Assembly (NCBI GenBank): GCA_002719295.1
Contig: PBHC01000013.1
Span: 1-20,865 of the forward strand
Source: Chloroflexota bacterium
GTDB lineage: Bacteria > Chloroflexota > Dehalococcoidia > Lucifugimonadales > Lucifugimonadaceae
Length of the DNA stretch: 20,865 nucleotides
Reading direction: 5' to 3'
Shown: one piece after another, positions 1 through 8,693 of the stretch
Numbering within the stretch: position 1 is the stretch's first letter
Layout of the letters: each line of letters begins with the position of its first letter
Notes under the pieces: model-generated
The model's input: only the letters and a program-made list of their open reading frames with translations
What the model was told of the DNA's origin: nothing
Databases searched by the model: none
Translations under genes and position numbers: made by a program

Positions 1-89
1 CTGCTGTAGCTTCTTCAGTTGTTTCTGCTGTAGCTTCTTCAGTTGTTTCTGCTGTAGCTTCTTCAGTTGTTTCTGCTGTAGCTTCTTCA
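1..89. repeat. Perfect 24-bp tandem repeat (ctgctgtagcttcttcagttgttt), at least 3.7 copies, encoding EEATAETT in S18
   Basis: Identical units at 1-24, 25-48 and 49-72, partial unit at 73-89; truncated by the window edge. Confidence 0.97.
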
Positions 90-367
90 ACTGAGCTTCT
101 AACAATTTCATGTTCATGAGAGATAGGAAGTAAAGCCATGTGCCTAGCTCTTTTTATAGCTGTTGTTAAACTTCTATGATCTTTTGCCGAGTTACCAGTC
201 CTGTAAGAACTTGTAATCTTCGCTCTATCTGAAATATAAGAAATTAAAACATCAACATCTTTATAATCAACAGGTAAACCTTTTATAACCTTAGAAATAG
301 GTTTTTTTCTAGCTCTAAAGTCGAAGGAAAAATTATTTCTTCTAGTATTTTGTCTATTTGTAGTCAT
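1..367 (-). CDS. rpsR: 30S ribosomal protein S18 (runs off window edge; cysteine-free; C-terminal acidic repeat tail)
   Basis: Not in the ORF track because it has no stop in the window. Translated by hand from ATG 367: [10 protein letters not shown]...[49 protein letters not shown], carrying the S18 signatures DYKD and AIKRAR..ALLP. AAGGA SD upstream; canonical rpsF-ssb-rpsR order. Confidence 0.95.
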   Translation of the reverse strand, partial: MTTNRQNTRRNNFSFDFRARKKPISKVIKGLPVDYKDVDVLISYISDRAKITSSYRTGNSAKDHRSLTTAIKRARHMALLPISHEHEIVRSSVEEATAETTEEATAETTEEATAETTEEATA

Positions 368-379
368 TTTATTCCTTTT

Positions 380-853
380 CTACCATGGTAATTCTTCAGC
401 ATCATCTGTCTCATTTTCAGGAGAAGTCTGTGCCTGATTCATTCCAATATCATTCGGTTGATTATTTTCTGCTGGAGGATTACTCATATTTTGAGTGAAG
501 TTTCCAGCGCCTTCAGAGGATTCAGCATTTCTATCCAAAAAAATAACCCTAAAAGCTGTAACCTCATTTGATTGTCTTTGAGAACCATCATTTGCAGTAT
601 AAGTACTTGATTTAAATCTTCCTTCTACAAAACATCTAGAACCTTTTTGAAGAAATTGATTTACTGATTCTGCAGTTTTATTCCAACAGGCAATTCTAAA
701 CCATTCTGTTTCTTGAATCTGCTCTCCATCAGAGCCATTTCTGTAGGAATTTACAGCTAAGCTAAAGTTTACAACCATTGAACCATTTGGGGTGTACCTC
801 ATCTCTGGATCAGATCCACAATTTCCTATAAGTAATATTTGATTTAGACTCAA
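380..853 (-). CDS. ssb: Single-stranded DNA-binding protein
   Basis: LNQILLIGN..DPEMRYTPNG, TEWFRI..W, KGS..VEGR OB-fold motifs; acidic tip DDAEELPW; TTG start with AGGAG SD. Confidence 0.97.
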   Translation of the reverse strand: MSLNQILLIGNCGSDPEMRYTPNGSMVVNFSLAVNSYRNGSDGEQIQETEWFRIACWNKTAESVNQFLQKGSRCFVEGRFKSSTYTANDGSQRQSNEVTAFRVIFLDRNAESSEGAGNFTQNMSNPPAENNQPNDIGMNQAQTSPENETDDAEELPW

Positions 854-862
854 CTTATCTCC

Positions 863-1180
863 TTATTTAGAACTAACTTTGTAGGGTTTGAATTTTTCTT
901 TTGAAGTTATTAAATGACGTATTACATTTTCATTTTCTTTAAGAATGTTTTCTAATTGAGCAATTACCACTGGTTCTGCCTCTAATTCAGCTAGAAAATA
1001 TGTTCCTTCTTCAAAATTATTGATTATGTAAGACAATTTTCTTTTAGCCCAAATTTCTGCTTTGATCACCTTACTTTTCTTAGGTAATGATATAGATTTA
1101 GTTACATTTGATAAAGATTCTTCAGCAGCTTGGTCATCTAAGATGCCACCTATAATCCACATTAATTCATATCTTTTCAA
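863..1180 (-). CDS. rpsF: 30S ribosomal protein S6
   Basis: MKRYELM, W.KRKLSY.I...EG.Y and VIRHLI motifs; upstream of ssb; TTG start. Confidence 0.95.
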   Translation of the reverse strand: MKRYELMWIIGGILDDQAAEESLSNVTKSISLPKKSKVIKAEIWAKRKLSYIINNFEEGTYFLAELEAEPVVIAQLENILKENENVIRHLITSKEKFKPYKVSSK

Positions 1181-1217
1181 AATTTTCCCTTTTTCAATTG
1201 GTTTTCTGATGTATAAA

Positions 1218-1226
1218 ATTATAACA
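1218..1226 (-). promoter_or_regulatory. Extended -10 promoter element (TGnTATAAT) for rpsF-ssb-rpsR
   Basis: Minus strand reads TGTTATAAT, 37 nt upstream of the rpsF start. Confidence 0.6.
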
Positions 1227-1265
1227 TTGATTTCTTCATAAATGCTCTAAATATAAATGATTTAT

Positions 1266-2483
1266 TTATGGAAGTGGCAATTTATGCATAATTTTACTTA
1301 CCTGATCTTTTATAGTAGAGCTATTTTTATCTGATGTTGTAAGAGTTTCATATATAAGATCTCCAATTTCCAATAAATCATTTTGAGATATTCCTCTAGT
1401 TGTAATTGCAGGAGTTCCTATTCTTATTCCAGATGTGATTTTTGGAGGTTCTGGATCAAACGGGATCGCATTTTTATTTACTATAATTCCAACTGAATTT
1501 AATTTTTCTTCAGCTTCAGCACCATTAAGATTTACCGATCTAGTATCTATCAACATTAGGTGATTATCGGTCTGATCTGAAACAATTCTTAAGTTCTTCT
1601 TCTTAAAAAAATCACACAATAATTTTGCATTACTAATTATATCTTTTGAATATTGAATAAATTCATCAGTGGAAGCTTCCTTAAATGCTACAGCTTTTGC
1701 TAGTACATTATTCATAATAGGCCCACCCTGTACAGCAGGAAAAATTCCTCTATCATATTTTTTAGAAAGAGAATCACTAATAATTGCAATCCCTCCTCTT
1801 GGGCCTCTAAGAGTCTTATGGGTTGTAGATGTAATTATATCTGCTATGTTTACTGGTGAAGGATGCTGTTTTGAAACTATCAAACCTGCTATATGAGCAA
1901 TATCTGCCATCAAAAGTGCATTTACTGATTCAGCTATTTTTTTGAACTTTGGAAAATCAATAATTCTCGAATAGGCAGAAAAACCACAAATTATAATTTT
2001 AGGCTTAATTTCTTCTGCGGTTTTTTGAAGTGATTCGAAATCTATCATTTCAGTTTCTTTATCCAAAAAATAATTATGAATTTCGTATATTTTTCCAGAA
2101 AAATTTACATTATGACCATGCGATAAATGTCCCCCGTGATCTAAGGACAAACTTAGGATTTTATCTCCAGGATTTAGTAAAGCAATATAAGCTGCCATGT
2201 TAGCTTGTGAACCAGAATGAGGCTGAACATTTATATGATTACTTTGAAAGATTTTTTTCCCTCTTTCAATAGCTAAATTTTCAGCTTGATCTGCAAATTC
2301 ACATCCAGCATAATATCTTTGCCCTGGATAACCTTCTGCATATTTATTAGTTAATATTGATGAAGTATATTTTCTAACTGAACTTGAAGCATAATTTTCA
2401 GATGCTATAAATACTGCTGAATCTCTTTGTCGTTTTTGTTCATTTTCTAAAATATTGTCAATTTCAAGATCAATAGTGTTCAT
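1266..2483 (-). CDS. glyA: Serine hydroxymethyltransferase
   Basis: IASENY, NKYAEGYPGQRYY, NVQPHSGSQAN, GGHLSHG, TTHKTLRGPRGG (PLP lysine), SGIRIGTPA. Confidence 0.98.
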   Translation of the reverse strand: MNTIDLEIDNILENEQKRQRDSAVFIASENYASSSVRKYTSSILTNKYAEGYPGQRYYAGCEFADQAENLAIERGKKIFQSNHINVQPHSGSQANMAAYIALLNPGDKILSLSLDHGGHLSHGHNVNFSGKIYEIHNYFLDKETEMIDFESLQKTAEEIKPKIIICGFSAYSRIIDFPKFKKIAESVNALLMADIAHIAGLIVSKQHPSPVNIADIITSTTHKTLRGPRGGIAIISDSLSKKYDRGIFPAVQGGPIMNNVLAKAVAFKEASTDEFIQYSKDIISNAKLLCDFFKKKNLRIVSDQTDNHLMLIDTRSVNLNGAEAEEKLNSVGIIVNKNAIPFDPEPPKITSGIRIGTPAITTRGISQNDLLEIGDLIYETLTTSDKNSSTIKDQVSKIMHKLPLP

Positions 2484-2584
2484 TTCATATTCCCTAAGTT
2501 TATATTTCTACATATATTCTATATTGATTTTTTTTCTAATAGAATGAAATAATTGAATGATATAAAAAAGATTATTGATGAAAA

Positions 2585-3298
2585 ATGAATGAATTCTTAG
2601 AAATACCTAAAACTGCAATGGTAGTATTTGCGCATCCTGATGATGCAGAAATTGGAACAGGAGCAACTGTTGCAAAATGGGTTTCTCATGGAACTGAGGT
2701 AGTTTATGTCCTTGGAACTACAGGTTCAAGTGGATCAAATGACGTAGAGATGACTAGTAAAAAAATAGTTGGCATCAGATCTAATGAACAAATAGAAGCT
2801 GCAAAAGTCATAGGGGTTAAGGAAATAGTATCTTTAAACTATATTGATGGAGAACTAGAATCAAATAGATCTTTATTATCTGATTTAGTCTATAACATTA
2901 GAAAATTTAGACCCGAAATTATATTTACTCACGATCCATTTAGAATGAAAAACTTTTTGCATAGAGACCATAGAAATTTAGGATTTTCTGTTATGGATGC
3001 TATTTATCCATATGCAAGAGATCATCTACATTTTCCTGAACAAATAGATAAAAATATCCAACCATATAAAGTGAAAAAATTATTATTTTGGGGCAGTGAT
3101 GAACCCAATATTTGTGTAAATGTCACATCTTTTGAACAAAAAAAAGTTGAATCATTATCCAAGCATGAAAGTCAGTTACCTGGCTTGAGTCTAGGGTCAG
3201 AGTATGGGAAAAATATAATAAAAAGATTACAGGAATCGGCTAAAAGCATGAGCTTTGAGTACGGAGAATCTTTTAGAATGATAGAAGCAAGATCTTAA
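2585..3298 (+). CDS. PIG-L/LmbE family metal-dependent N-deacetylase
   Basis: AHPDD motif, T.GSSG, R..E...AA...G, HRDH and K...L..H.SQ motifs. Confidence 0.9.
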   Translation: MNEFLEIPKTAMVVFAHPDDAEIGTGATVAKWVSHGTEVVYVLGTTGSSGSNDVEMTSKKIVGIRSNEQIEAAKVIGVKEIVSLNYIDGELESNRSLLSDLVYNIRKFRPEIIFTHDPFRMKNFLHRDHRNLGFSVMDAIYPYARDHLHFPEQIDKNIQPYKVKKLLFWGSDEPNICVNVTSFEQKKVESLSKHESQLPGLSLGSEYGKNIIKRLQESAKSMSFEYGESFRMIEARS

Positions 3299-4038
3299 TG
3301 ATTGACATAAATAATAAAAAGTTTAATTTCTATGACCCAATAAAATTAATTGAAATGGAAAAAATATCTGAAAAATTCTTTTCGGATATTATTTATATAC
3401 TTTCAGAGAAATATATTCCAAATAGAGAAAAAAATAAAATAAAAAACCAGTTTTCAAACCTAATCTTAAACTACTCAAATAAAAATTCAGAAAAAGCTAA
3501 TCCTCAAAAGAAATTTTCCAGTTTTGAAAATATTTTGAATGAAGATCTAATCATAAGACTAGAAAAAAAATCATCTGAAGTAACACTTCTTAAATCAAAT
3601 TTTATACTGATAGATATCAACAACAATAAAAATTTAAATTTTACTGAGGAAATATTAAATAAAATTTTGGAAAAAAGAATGATACCTATAATTTCTCATC
3701 CCGAGAGGTTTGAAATTTTTGAAAAAAATAATCTTAAAAGATTGAAAAGTAAAGGTGTTCTATTTCAATTATCTTTAGGTTCATTTTCATCATATTTTGG
3801 AGAAACCTCTATGATTAAATCTAAAGATTTTTTAGAAACTGGCATTTATGATTTTGTTGCGTCAGATACCAATAACTATCATCAATATAACGATGATATT
3901 TTTGAAGATCAAATAAATGAAATTTCAAAAATAGTTGGTTCAAGCAAATTGAACCAAATGCTTTATGATAATCCTAAAAATGTTATTGATGAAAAAACTT
4001 CAAACGATTATCAATTATTACATACTAAAGGAAGTTAG
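3298..4038 (+). CDS. Degenerate CpsB/CapC/YwqE-like PHP-fold protein (probably lacks metal ligands)
   Basis: PIISHPER, G.LFQLSLGS and FVASD..NP motifs of the CpsB family; N-terminal MIDINN where the family has MIDxHxH; TAATG coupling to the upstream gene. Confidence 0.6.
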   Translation: MIDINNKKFNFYDPIKLIEMEKISEKFFSDIIYILSEKYIPNREKNKIKNQFSNLILNYSNKNSEKANPQKKFSSFENILNEDLIIRLEKKSSEVTLLKSNFILIDINNNKNLNFTEEILNKILEKRMIPIISHPERFEIFEKNNLKRLKSKGVLFQLSLGSFSSYFGETSMIKSKDFLETGIYDFVASDTNNYHQYNDDIFEDQINEISKIVGSSKLNQMLYDNPKNVIDEKTSNDYQLLHTKGS

Positions 4039-4965
4039 CCATTTAGAATAATCTGATTTCTTTTTAACTGAATCATTACCTATGACAATTGAAAAATATA
4101 GTTCTTGTAATTTCTTAGTTATTTCACCAATAGAACCTGTTCCTATTTTTCTACTATCTAGTGTCCCTACTGATGTAACATGAGCCGCAGTTCCTGTAAG
4201 AAAAACTTCGTCTGCCAAATATAATTCTGACCTATGAATTTTTCTTTCTGTGACTTTCAATCCTAATTCTTTTTCTGCAATTTCAATTATTGAATCTCTT
4301 GTAATCCCTAATAAGCAATTATCTGTTTCTGTAGGAGTTATGATTTCATCATTTTTAATCATAAATAAATTCTCTCCACTTCCTTCTGATACAGTACCGT
4401 CAAAGTTTAGAAGAATTGCTTCATCAAAGTTAGCTGAAACTGCTTCTGTTTTCGCAAGTATACTTGTTGTATATAGACCTGAAAGCTTTACTCCAGTTGG
4501 CATCATTGTATCTTCAGGCCTTCTCCATGAACTTGTTTGGCAATTAATAGGTTTATCGTTATCAATATAAGCACCAAAAGGAATAACTATTATACTTAAA
4601 TCGTCCTCAAGCTCATGTAATTTTAAATTCGCTACTAATTCATGAGATTTATAAGCTAAAGGTCTTATATAAACATCCTGCTTATATCCATTAGATTTTA
4701 CAAGATCAACAGTAATTTCAGAAAGTTCTTCTGCAGTATATGGAAGGTTCATACGAAGAATTTTTGCTCCTCGTAAAAGTCTTTCATAATGTTCTTTTAA
4801 CCTGAAAATTACCATATTGTTATTATCAGAATTCCAGTTACCTCTAATTCCTTCAAATGCAGCAGTTCCATAATGCAATGCGTGAGTCATAACTCCAACT
4901 TTTGCATCTTTTAATAAAATTTTGTTCCCTTGATGAAATGCCATTCCTTCAACTGTCATAGTCAT
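4018..4965 (-). CDS. ilvE: Branched-chain amino acid aminotransferase (fold-type IV PLP enzyme); start may be 4959
   Basis: HALHYGTAAFEGIR, YIRP, K.SGLY, EGSGENLF, LGITR, ADEVFLTGTAA. GGAG spacing favours the ATG at 4959. Confidence 0.95.
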   Translation of the reverse strand: MTMTVEGMAFHQGNKILLKDAKVGVMTHALHYGTAAFEGIRGNWNSDNNNMVIFRLKEHYERLLRGAKILRMNLPYTAEELSEITVDLVKSNGYKQDVYIRPLAYKSHELVANLKLHELEDDLSIIVIPFGAYIDNDKPINCQTSSWRRPEDTMMPTGVKLSGLYTTSILAKTEAVSANFDEAILLNFDGTVSEGSGENLFMIKNDEIITPTETDNCLLGITRDSIIEIAEKELGLKVTERKIHRSELYLADEVFLTGTAAHVTSVGTLDSRKIGTGSIGEITKKLQELYFSIVIGNDSVKKKSDYSKWLTSFSM

Positions 4966-4980
4966 AACTCCAGTAATAAT

Positions 4981-5676
4981 TTATTTTCTCTTTTTTTTAA
5001 ATTCTTCATATAGTTTATACGTAAGCTCATTAAATGGGTAATATTTTCCTGGAGAGCCTGGATTTTTGATCAGTTCATTTTTTACTAATTCTTCTATTTC
5101 AACTCTCTCTTCCATTATTTTCAAGCATTCATCAAAGATTATATTTGGCAAAACAACAACTCCATCAATATCTCCTAAAATATAATCTCCAGGTCTAACA
5201 AGAATTCCTCCACAATTTATGGGTTGATTTACATAATATGGAAGCATGATTCCAGGTCCTTGTTTTGAGGTAAAAGAATGAGCATATATTGGAAAATTAT
5301 ATTTTTCCATTGCATCAGAATCTCTTACCGAACCATCAGTTATTAACCCAGCTATATTTTTTTGAGCTAGTCTAAGAAATTTTATATCTCCTCCAATCGA
5401 TTCCCAAGGTCCTACAGAAGATGCTACTAGAACTGAATCTTCTGAACATAATTCAAATGCTTGATACTCTGGAGAATTTATTTCTTTAGGTAAATCTTCT
5501 AATAAATCTTCTCTATAAAAAACAAATCCAAGTGTAACAGCTTTACCCACCATTTTCTCTTTTTCAATTAATAATCTAGGCCCCTCTATCATTGATTGAT
5601 TCCAACCTAAAACAGTCATAGCGTCAATGACATTCTGAGAACTAAACCTTTTCAATTTATCAATTTTAGAAATCAT
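4981..5676 (-). CDS. RraA-like / HMG-CHA aldolase family protein
   Basis: GGDI, GLITDGSVRD and CGG..V.PGDYILGDIDGVVVLP family motifs. Confidence 0.88.
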   Translation of the reverse strand: MISKIDKLKRFSSQNVIDAMTVLGWNQSMIEGPRLLIEKEKMVGKAVTLGFVFYREDLLEDLPKEINSPEYQAFELCSEDSVLVASSVGPWESIGGDIKFLRLAQKNIAGLITDGSVRDSDAMEKYNFPIYAHSFTSKQGPGIMLPYYVNQPINCGGILVRPGDYILGDIDGVVVLPNIIFDECLKIMEERVEIEELVKNELIKNPGSPGKYYPFNELTYKLYEEFKKKRK

Positions 5677-5679
5677 GGG

Positions 5680-6591
5680 TTATCCTCTCTTAAAGTTTTC
5701 CAATGAAGACACCAAAATAGAACTATGAGGTAAATAAATATCATGTTTCTTTGCTAGATTTACAACATGACCTAAAATACTGTCAATCTCCAAGGGTTTT
5801 TTATTTTTCAAATCATTAAACATAGAAGAAGTCATTTCATCTGCTTCTTCTTTTAGCCCTATAATAATTTGATCAATATCCACGGAACTCAATTCTATAC
5901 CTTCAGCAATACCAATGCTTAATATTTCTTTCATAGTTTCTCTTAAAATTTTTTCTCCATAAAAAGAATCAATTAATTCTCTAAAAGACATTCTGAATGA
6001 AGTCATTATAGTTCCAAATGCACCTACTATAATCATTTTTTCCCATAATGTAGACAAAATATTTTCAGAGATTTTAAAACTTAAGAATTTAGAATCAAAT
6101 TTTTTATGAATATCTAATAATCTATTAGATTTGGAGTTATCTAATTCTCCAAATTCTACCAATGCAGATGATCCCTGCTGAAGAATTACTCCTGGAGATT
6201 CAATTTCAGCTTCTATAAAAGTTGCAGCAGGAATAATATTTTTTTTATCAACAAATTTTGCAATTTCATTATGGCTATTTACTCCATTTTGAATAGTAAT
6301 TATCAATGTATTAACATCAGATATCTTACCTAACATTGGAAGAGTTTCGTTGTTTGAATATAACTTTGGTGTATAAAATATCAGATCAAAAGAATTAATA
6401 TTGTTAACATTGTCTGTCGCATTTATATCTAAATTATAGTTACCCCAATTAGACTTAATTGATAATCCGTTAGAAGATATTTGATTATAATGATCTCCTC
6501 TACAAATTAAAGTTACATCAAATCCTTTGTTTTTTAATACGGCTCCATAGTAACTTCCTACAGAACCTGCTCCTAACACTGCAATTTTCAT
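5680..6591 (-). CDS. panE: Ketopantoate reductase (PanE/ApbA family)
   Basis: MKIAVLGAGSVG, K.YS, IQNG, LWEK, SSMFND and EIDSILG motifs. Confidence 0.9.
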   Translation of the reverse strand: MKIAVLGAGSVGSYYGAVLKNKGFDVTLICRGDHYNQISSNGLSIKSNWGNYNLDINATDNVNNINSFDLIFYTPKLYSNNETLPMLGKISDVNTLIITIQNGVNSHNEIAKFVDKKNIIPAATFIEAEIESPGVILQQGSSALVEFGELDNSKSNRLLDIHKKFDSKFLSFKISENILSTLWEKMIIVGAFGTIMTSFRMSFRELIDSFYGEKILRETMKEILSIGIAEGIELSSVDIDQIIIGLKEEADEMTSSMFNDLKNKKPLEIDSILGHVVNLAKKHDIYLPHSSILVSSLENFKRG

Positions 6592-6666
6592 GAGAATCTA
6601 TCTTATAATCTATTTTGGTAATTAATATAAATTAGTAACAAACTAATTATTTTGTAAAATGATACT

Positions 6667-7386
6667 ATGAGAAAAAATAATAGAAAACATGATGAGGCTA
6701 GGAATTTATCAATAGTTCCAAATTATCAAAAAAATTCCATTGGTTCAGTCCTAATAAAATTTGAAGATACCCAAGTTATATGCTCAACTAATATTTCAAA
6801 TAATCTTCCCAGATGGCTAATGAACAAAAATCAAGGTTGGGTAACTGCAGAATACAATATGCTTCCAAACTCATCCTCTGAAAGAATTTCTAGAGATAGA
6901 GGGAATAAACTTAGTGGTAGAACACAAGAAATCCAAAGACTTATTGGAAGATCCTTAAGGCAAGCTATAGATTTAACGATGATTCCTGGAGTTATTGTTA
7001 CTATTGATTGCGATGTATTAAATGCTGATGGAGGCACAAGAACTGCATCAATAACAGGTTCATACATTTCCACATATATTGCTTTAAAAAACTACTATAA
7101 TACTAATCCATCAAAATTTTTCAAAAATCAAATCGCTGCAATCAGTTTAGGAAAGGTAGATGGAGAAATTTATCTAGACTTAGACTATTCTGAAGATTCT
7201 ATAGCAGATTTTGATATGAATCTAATTCTTAACTCAAAATTAGAAATAATCGAAATTCAGGGTACTTCAGAAAATGAATTGCTTAGCTTTGAAGAATTAA
7301 ATCAACTTATTCAAATAGGTTCAAATGGTATAAAAAATATACTAGATAAACAAAATGAAATAATAAAAAGCATAGACCTTAATTAG
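6667..7386 (+). CDS. rph: Ribonuclease PH
   Basis: GWVTAEYNMLP, GRTQEIQRLIGRSLR, DCDVLNADGGTRTASITG, LDLDYSEDS, EIQGT. Confidence 0.98.
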   Translation: MRKNNRKHDEARNLSIVPNYQKNSIGSVLIKFEDTQVICSTNISNNLPRWLMNKNQGWVTAEYNMLPNSSSERISRDRGNKLSGRTQEIQRLIGRSLRQAIDLTMIPGVIVTIDCDVLNADGGTRTASITGSYISTYIALKNYYNTNPSKFFKNQIAAISLGKVDGEIYLDLDYSEDSIADFDMNLILNSKLEIIEIQGTSENELLSFEELNQLIQIGSNGIKNILDKQNEIIKSIDLN

Positions 7387-7403
7387 ATAACTCAGAGGAT
7401 AAA

Positions 7404-8690
7404 ATGTACAAAATCAAATCGGTTTTAGGAAGAGAAATATTAGATTCCAGAGGCAATCCAACTGTCGGAGTGGAAGTTACACTTGAAGATGGTAAGGTGG
7501 GTCTATCATCCGTTCCATCCGGAGCGAGTACAGGTTCAAGAGAAGCACTAGAGCTAAGAGATAATGATTCAAGTAGATTCATGGGTAAAGGAGTATTAAA
7601 AGCAGTAGAAAATATTAATAATAAAATATCCAAGGCTTTAATTTCAAAAGATGTTCGAAATCAAATAGAAATAGATAACACAATGATTGATATTGATGGA
7701 ACTGAGGAGAAAAAAAATATTGGTGCTAACGCAATTTTAGGTGTTTCACTAGCAATACTTTCAGCATCGAGTCAAGCAGAAGGTATTGAGATATATCAAA
7801 AAATCGCATCATTAATTCAAGAAAAAAACCCTGTGTTGCTTCCAGTTCCAATGTTAAACATAATGAATGGTGGAGCTCATGCAATAAATTCTACCGATTT
7901 CCAAGAATTCATGATTGCCCCTGTAGGATTTGGGACTTTTTCTGAATCTATTAGAGCAGGATCTGAAATTTATAGTACCTTAGGTAAAATTTTAGAGAAA
8001 GATGGTCTTTCAACAAATGTTGGTTTTGAAGGAGGATATGCTCCACCAAATTTATCAAATAATCAAGTATTAGATTATATTATGAAAGCTATTGAAAAAT
8101 CAGGATACAAACCAGGAGAGAATATATTTATAGCTCTGGACCCTGCATCTTCAGAGTTTGGAAACAATTCAAAATACAATCTTTCAAAAGAAAATCTAGA
8201 ACTTTCATCAGAAGAAATGATTGAGTATTATTCTAGATTAATTAAAGAATATCCAATCTATTCCATTGAAGATGGCTTATCTGAAGATGACTGGACAGGA
8301 TGGAATAAATTTACAGAAAAACACGGTAAAGAAATTCAGATAGTCGGTGATGATTTGTTTGTCACTCAAAAAAAATATCTAGAAAAAGGTATTAATGATA
8401 AATCTGCAAATTCAATCTTAATAAAATTTAATCAAGTAGGAACAATTTCCGAAACTATCGAAACAATTAATTATGCAATAAAAAATAATTTTAGTTCAGT
8501 TATTAGTCATAGATCAGGTGAAACAGAAGATACAACAATAGCTGATTTGGCAGTTGGAACTAACGCAGGTCAAATAAAAACGGGGGCACCAGCTCGGTCA
8601 GATAGGGTTGCAAAATATAATCGATTGCTTAGAATTGAAGAGAAACTTAAAGATAAAGCAACTTTTGCTGGAAAATCAATTTTATTTTAA
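7404..8690 (+). CDS. eno: Enolase
   Basis: REILDSRGNPTV, VPSGASTG, NGGAHA, QEFM, IEDG, VGDDLFVT, SHRSGETED, GQIKTG, R.AKYN. Confidence 0.98.
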   Translation: MYKIKSVLGREILDSRGNPTVGVEVTLEDGKVGLSSVPSGASTGSREALELRDNDSSRFMGKGVLKAVENINNKISKALISKDVRNQIEIDNTMIDIDGTEEKKNIGANAILGVSLAILSASSQAEGIEIYQKIASLIQEKNPVLLPVPMLNIMNGGAHAINSTDFQEFMIAPVGFGTFSESIRAGSEIYSTLGKILEKDGLSTNVGFEGGYAPPNLSNNQVLDYIMKAIEKSGYKPGENIFIALDPASSEFGNNSKYNLSKENLELSSEEMIEYYSRLIKEYPIYSIEDGLSEDDWTGWNKFTEKHGKEIQIVGDDLFVTQKKYLEKGINDKSANSILIKFNQVGTISETIETINYAIKNNFSSVISHRSGETEDTTIADLAVGTNAGQIKTGAPARSDRVAKYNRLLRIEEKLKDKATFAGKSILF

Positions 8691-8693
8691 ATT

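Noticed and set aside
1..89. CRISPR array
   Set aside because: Units are contiguous with no spacers and lie in frame within rpsR; no cas genes in the window.
1181..1215. S6:S18 autoregulatory leader RNA upstream of rpsF
   Set aside because: A CC dinucleotide is present, but I could not build a convincing stem; it needs a covariance-model search.
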